From NCBI RefSeq assembly GCF_000299365.1, contig NC_018655.1, positions 1,050,001-1,082,000 on the forward strand: DNA of 32,000 nt, given 5' to 3'. Each line of letters opens with the position of its first letter. Positions within the stretch are counted from its first letter, which is position 1. Both the position numbers and the translations under genes were made by a program. Positions 26,333-32,000 of the stretch are shown in pieces. The DNA is from Candidatus Nitrosopumilus koreensis AR1 (GTDB lineage Archaea > Thermoproteota > Nitrososphaeria > Nitrososphaerales > Nitrosopumilaceae). The notes under the pieces are model-generated. The model was given only the letters and a program-made list of their open reading frames with translations. It was not told where the DNA came from and made no database searches.

Positions 26333-26635
26333 TTACAGATCTGAAAGTAATCCTGAAAGAAAATCAGAAAACTCATCGTCAGAAAAAATGATTTCTTCTA
26401 CTTTTTTTTGATTTTGAGCAAGTTTTACAGAATCCAAATGATAGCATGTCTCTTTTCCATTTAATTTTCCAAAATAAAACCCAGGACAAGAACAATAAAC
26501 ACCATCAGGATCAACCCAATGTTCTTCTCCCTTACCGACAACAGTCCAAATTTTCCTTTGACTGGGTTCAAAAACATGGAGTTTTACTCGCTTTTCAGAA
26601 ACCAGAGATTCTATTCTATCATGTTCTTTGTTCAC
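26333..26635 (-). CDS. SWIM zinc-finger protein
   Basis: HWVDPDGVYCSCPGFYFGKLNGKETCYHL matches CxCx(n)CxH SWIM; minus-strand GTTATAC about 24 nt upstream of the ATG. Confidence 0.75.
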   Translation of the reverse strand: MNKEHDRIESLVSEKRVKLHVFEPSQRKIWTVVGKGEEHWVDPDGVYCSCPGFYFGKLNGKETCYHLDSVKLAQNQKKVEEIIFSDDEFSDFLSGLLSDL

Positions 26636-27418
26636 AAGGGTTTAATCACATATCTGCAGTATAACTTTGATGCTGCAAATGAGAATCATACCATCAAAAC
26701 CAGCATTACTTTTGGAAGGAGAAAAAAACAACTAGTAATTACAGATTTACACATAGGATTTGAAAGTAGTATGGCATCAAATGAAATTTTTATTGGCAAA
26801 AATTCAACAACTAAACAAACAATTCAAGAATTAACAGAGATAATAGAGTCTGAAAAGCCTGACTCTCTGATTTTGCTAGGAGATGTAAAGTCAAGTGTTA
26901 AAGTTATCTCAAAAAACGAATGGGATGAGGTTCCATTATTTTTTGAAAAAATTAAGGAAAAATGTGACGTGATATTAATTCCTGGAAATCATGACGCAAA
27001 TATTCAGAAATTAGTCCCAGAGGGAATAACAATGATAAGTTCAACTGGAATGGTTGAAGAAAACACATTACTAACTCACGGGCACACAATGCCATCTAAG
27101 AATTTCTCTCATGTGGATAGAATAATTATGGGGCATGTTCATCCAGTTTTTTTTCAAGAAGGTTCCATAATAAATGGACAAAGAGTTTGGATTTCAATGA
27201 AAATAGAAAAAGAGATGATGTTTCCAAATAAATCCGGAGAATTAGAAATTACAATAATTCCCTCATTTAACAAGTACTTTTATGCAACTCATAGAAAAAA
27301 ATACAAAAAATCAATTTCTCCAATAATTGACAGAATAAAATCAGTTGCAAAAGCAAGGATTGTTACACTTGATGGAACTATTATCGGAAATGAATCAATT
27401 ATTGATCAAGTCTTATGA
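26621..27418 (+). CDS. ICC-like metallophosphoesterase (calcineurin-like)
   Basis: LVITDLHIGFE, LLGDVKSS, LIPGNHDAN, LTHGHTMPS, IIMGHVHPVFF. Track ORF begins 26519; in-frame ATG 26621 chosen because 26519 lies deep inside the opposing SWIM gene. Confidence 0.75.
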   Translation: MFFVHKGLITYLQYNFDAANENHTIKTSITFGRRKKQLVITDLHIGFESSMASNEIFIGKNSTTKQTIQELTEIIESEKPDSLILLGDVKSSVKVISKNEWDEVPLFFEKIKEKCDVILIPGNHDANIQKLVPEGITMISSTGMVEENTLLTHGHTMPSKNFSHVDRIIMGHVHPVFFQEGSIINGQRVWISMKIEKEMMFPNKSGELEITIIPSFNKYFYATHRKKYKKSISPIIDRIKSVAKARIVTLDGTIIGNESIIDQVL

Positions 27419-27421
27419 TAA

Positions 27422-30400
27422 TCATTCAACAGGATCATATGGTTCTATAGGATCTTTTGTTGTTTCATTATGTTGTAACCACTCCAGTGTCTTGACAAAA
27501 GAATCCGCTAATTCTAGAGTAGTAAGAACAGGTATTCCTAACTCCAAAGCCTTTCTTCTAATCTGATATTCATCATCAAGCATTCCAACATATTTTTCTA
27601 AAGACAGGGTGCTTGGAATGTTAATAATAAAATCAATTTTTTTCTCATAGAGTAGATCAGATATGTTTGGTTTTCGTTCCGGTTCCGATATCTTGTGTAC
27701 TATCTCAACGTCACCAACTTTTTCTTCAAAGAATTCTGCAGTATGTTCTGTTGCTAAAATTTTGAATTTTAACTGTTTGAGTTTTGCAATAGTTGGCAAA
27801 AGTTTTTCCTTGTTTGTAGTACCACCAACAGTAACAAGGGCAGTTCCTTTTTCAGGGAGATTATATCCAACCGAAGTCAGGCCTTTTGATAGTGCATCAT
27901 AAAAGCTGTTACCAAAACATGCAGCCTCACCAGTTGACTGCATTTCAACTCCTAGAGTAATATCTGCACCATCCAATTGCATAAATGAAAACTGCGGTAC
28001 CTTAATTCCATAGTTGTGGATCTTTTGCCATTTGTTTTCAGGAATTTTGGGAAGAGGTTTTCCTAAAATAGCCTTGGATGCAAGTGAAATCAGGTTGGTT
28101 TTTACCAATTTCGATACAAAAGGCATTGAACGAGATGCCCTAATATTGAGTTCAATCACATAAACATGGTCATCATGAATCAGAAATTGTAGATTAAATG
28201 GACCTTTGATATTAAATGTCAATGCAATCTTTTTTGTGTATTCATTAATGGTTTCGATAATTTTGTTGTTTAAACGCCATGGCGGAATACACATCATTGC
28301 ATCACCAGAATGAACTCCAGCTGAATCAATATGTTCAACTATAGCGCCAATTACAACTTCTTTTCCGTTACTTACTCCATCAACATCTACTTCAAGTGAA
28401 TTTAACATGAATTTAGATATAACAACTGGATGATCAGGAGAAACGTCTGTTGCGTCTTTAACATATGTTTTTAGTTCATCTTGAGACCAAACAACTTTCA
28501 TCGCAGCACCAGATAAAACATAGGAGGGTCTAACAATTACAGGAAATCCAACTTCTTGTGCAAAGTTTTTTGCTTCATTGAGATTGGAAAATGCTTGCCA
28601 TTTTGGTTGCTGTATGTGAAGTTTATCAAGTTCTGCACTAAATTTTGAGCGGTCTTCAGCTCTGTCAACATCTATTGCACTTGTTCCCATAATGTTGATT
28701 CCTTTTTGTGCAAGACCAGGAGTTAAATTGTTTGCAGTCTGACCACCAACACAAGTAATGATACCTTTGGGATTTTCAAATTCTATAATGTCAAGAATCC
28801 TTTCTTGAGTCAGTTCTTCAAAGTACAATCTTGTACAGATATCATAATCGGTAGAAACAGTTTCAGGATTACAGTTTACAACTGAAACATTTTTCTCGCC
28901 ATTTTCTTGCAGACCCCATACCATATTGACAGTTCCCCAATCAAACTCCACACTACTTCCAATTCTATATGGACCTGCACCTAGCACGATGATTCCTTTC
29001 TCGTCTTTAGGCACATCAATATCATTAGAATTTCCACCATAAGTCAGATAGAGGTAATTTGTAACTGCAGGCCACTCAGCAGCAAGTGTATCAATCTGTT
29101 TTACGGCAGGAATCACGCCTAGTTTTTTGCGTATTTCACGTATTTCATCAGGAGTCTTTTCTTTGACCCTAGCAATCTGCTTGTCTGAGAAGCCCATCTT
29201 TTTTGCTTCCCACATCATAGATTCATCAAGTTCTGATTCTTTGAGATGAGATTCAGTGTTAACAATATTTTGTATTTTTTCAATAAACCAAGGATCAATT
29301 GCAGATAGGTCATAGATTTTATCAACAGAGAGTCCCATCTTCAGAGCAATTGCAACATTATACAGGATTTGATCATCATGATGTGAAAGTTTGTTTTCAA
29401 TTTCTTCTTCGGTGTATGTTTTTCCATTTGCACGATTCAAAACAAGTCCATCATTTCCAATATCAAGCATTCTGATTGCTTTTTGTAATGATTCTTCAAA
29501 GGTTCGGCCAACTGCCATTACTTCTCCAACAGATTTCATTGTAACTCCCAGTCTTCGATTTACTAATTCAAACTTTGAAAAATCCCATCTTGGATGTTTG
29601 CAAACAACATAATCAAGCGATGGTTCAAAGCATGCAGTTGTATTTTTGGTAATTCGGTTTACAAGTTCAGATAAATTGTAACCTAGACCAATCTTTGCAG
29701 ACATGTATGCAAGTGGATATCCTGTTGCTTTACTTGCAAGAGCTGATGAACGTGAAAGGCGCGGGTTTATTTCAATTGCAACGTATCTGTCTGAATCAGA
29801 ATCTAATGCATACTGTATGTTACATTCACCAACAATACCAACATGTTTTGTTGCACGCAGTGCTGCTGAACGTAACATATGATATTCGTGATTATCAATT
29901 GTTTGTGACGGTGCAACTACAATATTATCACCAGTATGCACCTTCATAGAAAGAACATTTTCCATATTACACACAATTACATTATTGCCATCATAGTCTT
30001 GCATTACTTCATATTCGATTTGTTTCCAATGGCCAATGTATTCTTCAATTAGTACTTGACCGACTAGGCTTGCTTTTAGACCCCGTTCAACAATCTCATG
30101 TAATTCAATCTCGTTGTGGGCAATACCACCACCACGTCCACCAAGAGTATAGGCTACTCGAATTATAACAGGGTATGATAGTTCTTCTGCTATCTTTTTT
30201 GCATCATCAAAGTTTGTTACAGTCTTACTTTTGAGCACAGGAACACCTGCCTCAGTCATTTGGTCTTTGAAAAGTTGCCTATCCTCAGTATTTTTGATGC
30301 CTTGTACCTGAGTTCCAAGAACATTTACCCCATATTTTTGGAGGATGCCAGCTTCTTCTAGTTTGACACCACAGTTTAGAGCAGTTTGTCCACCATATGC

Positions 30401-30664
30401 CAACATGATTCCATCAGGTCTTTCTTTTTCAATTATAGATTCAACATACTTGGGGGTTACAGGTAAAAGATACACTTGATCTGCAAATCTTGTATCTGTT
30501 TGAATTGTTGCAATATTTGGGTTGATTAATACACTTTTGAGTCCATCTTCACGAATTGCTTTGAGGCATTGACTTCCAGAGTAATCAAATTCTCCAGCTT
30601 CGCCAATTTTGATTGCTCCACTACCAAGTACAAGAATTTTCTTCAAAGATTCATTTATTGGCAT
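27422..30664 (-). CDS. carB: carbamoyl-phosphate synthase large subunit
   Basis: VLVLGSGAIKIGEAGEFDYSGSQ, RVAYTLGGRGGGI, ALDSDSDRYVAIEINPRLSRSSALASKATGYPLA; 1080 aa. Confidence 0.97.
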   Translation of the reverse strand: MPINESLKKILVLGSGAIKIGEAGEFDYSGSQCLKAIREDGLKSVLINPNIATIQTDTRFADQVYLLPVTPKYVESIIEKERPDGIMLAYGGQTALNCGVKLEEAGILQKYGVNVLGTQVQGIKNTEDRQLFKDQMTEAGVPVLKSKTVTNFDDAKKIAEELSYPVIIRVAYTLGGRGGGIAHNEIELHEIVERGLKASLVGQVLIEEYIGHWKQIEYEVMQDYDGNNVIVCNMENVLSMKVHTGDNIVVAPSQTIDNHEYHMLRSAALRATKHVGIVGECNIQYALDSDSDRYVAIEINPRLSRSSALASKATGYPLAYMSAKIGLGYNLSELVNRITKNTTACFEPSLDYVVCKHPRWDFSKFELVNRRLGVTMKSVGEVMAVGRTFEESLQKAIRMLDIGNDGLVLNRANGKTYTEEEIENKLSHHDDQILYNVAIALKMGLSVDKIYDLSAIDPWFIEKIQNIVNTESHLKESELDESMMWEAKKMGFSDKQIARVKEKTPDEIREIRKKLGVIPAVKQIDTLAAEWPAVTNYLYLTYGGNSNDIDVPKDEKGIIVLGAGPYRIGSSVEFDWGTVNMVWGLQENGEKNVSVVNCNPETVSTDYDICTRLYFEELTQERILDIIEFENPKGIITCVGGQTANNLTPGLAQKGINIMGTSAIDVDRAEDRSKFSAELDKLHIQQPKWQAFSNLNEAKNFAQEVGFPVIVRPSYVLSGAAMKVVWSQDELKTYVKDATDVSPDHPVVISKFMLNSLEVDVDGVSNGKEVVIGAIVEHIDSAGVHSGDAMMCIPPWRLNNKIIETINEYTKKIALTFNIKGPFNLQFLIHDDHVYVIELNIRASRSMPFVSKLVKTNLISLASKAILGKPLPKIPENKWQKIHNYGIKVPQFSFMQLDGADITLGVEMQSTGEAACFGNSFYDALSKGLTSVGYNLPEKGTALVTVGGTTNKEKLLPTIAKLKQLKFKILATEHTAEFFEEKVGDVEIVHKISEPERKPNISDLLYEKKIDFIINIPSTLSLEKYVGMLDDEYQIRRKALELGIPVLTTLELADSFVKTLEWLQHNETTKDPIEPYDPVE

Positions 30665-30668
30665 TTTT

Positions 30669-31829
30669 TTATTTCTCCATTAATTTTTTGAGTTCTTCAA
30701 AAACATACTTGCAATCAAAGGGTCCAGGTGCAGCTTCAGGATGAAATTGTACTGCGATACAATTTTTTGTTTTGTGTTTGATTCCTTCAACTGTTTTATC
30801 ATCTGCGTTTGTAAACCATAAATTAAATTCTGATTTTTCCAAAGATTCAGGTGTTATTCCATATCCATGATTTTGACTAGTAACATAAACTTGATTTGTT
30901 TCCAAGTTCACACATGGTTTGTTTTGACCACGGTGCCCATACTTTAGTTTGTAAGTTTCAGTGTTTCCTGCAAGTCCAATTATTTGAGCACCTAAACAAA
31001 TTCCCAGTGTTGGAATATTGTTTGAAATTAATTGTTTGGCAGTATCAATTGTTGCAGGACAATTTTGTGGATCACCAGGACCACTACTAAGAACAACACC
31101 TTTTGGATTGTAAGACATTATTTTTTCATAAGATGTGTTCCATGGTACAACAATTGCTTTGTATCCAAGTTCTCGAATATTTCTAACAATTGCATTTTTT
31201 GCGCCAGTGTCAATTACAACAACTGTGTCATTTTCATCACCATAGATTTTTTCAGTTTTTGTTGAAACAGAATCCATGAATTGCTCTGTATTGTAATCAG
31301 CAGCTGCTGCCAACTCTTTTTTGACTTTATCAACATCAATCTCTTCATCTGAAACTACAAGAGCAGCCATCATGACACCGCTGCTTCGAAGTTTCTTTGT
31401 GATATCTCTTGTATCGACACCAGATATTCCAGGTACTTTTTCATTATACATCCATTCATCAAGAGTCAGGGATAGATTCCAATGACTTGCAGTAAGGGAT
31501 AGTTCATGTACCACCAAGCCTCTAATTTGCATTTTGTCAGATTCAAAGAATTTGGGTATACCATCTTCATCAGCAATAGTTGGATCGGGAACACCGTAAT
31601 TTCCAACTAGAGGGTAAGTTAGTGTCAAAATTTGTCCATTGTAAGAAGGATCAGTTAACGCTTCAGTATATCCAACCATTCCAGTGTTAAAGACAATTTC
31701 ACCAAAAACAGTTGTAGAATAGCCAAAGCCTTCGCCATCAAAAACAGTCCCATCATCAAAGATCAGCTTTCCATACTTGTTTGCGTGGATTGATTTCTTT
31801 GTAGTAATTGTGACCCTCGTAAAGTCCAC
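30669..31829 (-). CDS. carA: carbamoyl-phosphate synthase small subunit
   Basis: VFDGEGFGYSTTVFGEIVFNTGMVGYTEALTDPSY, class I amidotransferase motifs IPTLGICLGAQIIG and NCIAVQFHPEAAPGP. Confidence 0.96.
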   Translation of the reverse strand: MDFTRVTITTKKSIHANKYGKLIFDDGTVFDGEGFGYSTTVFGEIVFNTGMVGYTEALTDPSYNGQILTLTYPLVGNYGVPDPTIADEDGIPKFFESDKMQIRGLVVHELSLTASHWNLSLTLDEWMYNEKVPGISGVDTRDITKKLRSSGVMMAALVVSDEEIDVDKVKKELAAAADYNTEQFMDSVSTKTEKIYGDENDTVVVIDTGAKNAIVRNIRELGYKAIVVPWNTSYEKIMSYNPKGVVLSSGPGDPQNCPATIDTAKQLISNNIPTLGICLGAQIIGLAGNTETYKLKYGHRGQNKPCVNLETNQVYVTSQNHGYGITPESLEKSEFNLWFTNADDKTVEGIKHKTKNCIAVQFHPEAAPGPFDCKYVFEELKKLMEK

Positions 31830-31891
31830 AAGAAAGCGAATTTAAGTTTTATGTGGATTTGAAAATAGAATTTTTGATCGCAAAAATTTGA

Positions 31892-32000
31892 TTATAGTGC
31901 TTGGAACTCTTCGCTCCATTTGTGATATGCACGAATCATTTCAGTTGAAACACTTGGTTTTCTTCTTGCCATGATATCTTTGAAATCAGCTGTAGTGAGT
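31892..32000 (-). CDS. C-terminal end of a probable CDC48-type AAA ATPase (truncated by window edge)
   Basis: Manual translation ...LTTADFKDIMARRKPSVSTEMIRAYHKWSEEFQAL*, resembling the C-terminal DF..(A/M)...KPSVS...Y..W.E.F pattern of CDC48-family ATPases. Confidence 0.5.
   Translation of the reverse strand, partial: LTTADFKDIMARRKPSVSTEMIRAYHKWSEEFQAL

Noticed and set aside
27663-29949. Short plus-strand ORFs inside carB
   Set aside because: Antisense to the strongly conserved carbamoyl-phosphate synthase large subunit.
1-32000. Defence island, prophage or novel multi-gene system
   Set aside because: Apart from one recombinase at the left edge, genes are housekeeping or small hypotheticals; no nuclease/methylase/RT/toxin-antitoxin pair was identified. 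The PIN domain belongs to the conserved PIN-ATPase-KH family rather than a VapBC pair.

Overview
The window reads as ordinary core chromosome of an ammonia-oxidising, Nitrosopumilus-like thaumarchaeon. It is AT-rich, has many leaderless genes with TATA boxes about 25-28 nt upstream, and carries A-type ATP synthase subunit F and NusA-like/aspS genes. Recognisable modules are: a tyrosine recombinase running off the left edge (absent from the ORF track); a TauE/SafE-like permease; a DUF192 protein; a DtxR-family regulator; a PIN + PilT-type ATPase/KH pair; a CheY / Hpt / histidine-kinase cluster; a TldD / family-4 uracil-DNA glycosylase / 3-methyladenine glycosylase (MPG) group; an orphan OppD-type ATPase; NusA-like + aspS; a branched-chain amino-acid cluster (ilvB-ilvN-leuA-X-leuB); an LsrF-like aldolase with a tandem-repeat lysine-rich tail; an MDR dehydrogenase; ATP synthase subunit F; a SWIM protein; a metallophosphoesterase; carA-carB; and the C-terminus of what looks like a CDC48-type AAA ATPase. 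I found no convincing defence system, CRISPR array or complete mobile element. The most useful non-routine observations are: (1) a compact structured element upstream of the integrase, folding by eye into an SRP-Alu-like three-way junction; (2) three protein families each interrupted at a homopolymer (A9 in TauE, T7 between PIN and ATPase, C5 in MPG), which are either assembly indels or frameshift/recoding sites; (3) a shared near-symmetric TATA element that relocates the histidine-kinase start; (4) a perfect 4 x 30 bp in-frame repeat; and (5) several unannotated zinc-finger/small ORFs. All product calls are from sequence motifs read by eye; no search or folding program was run.
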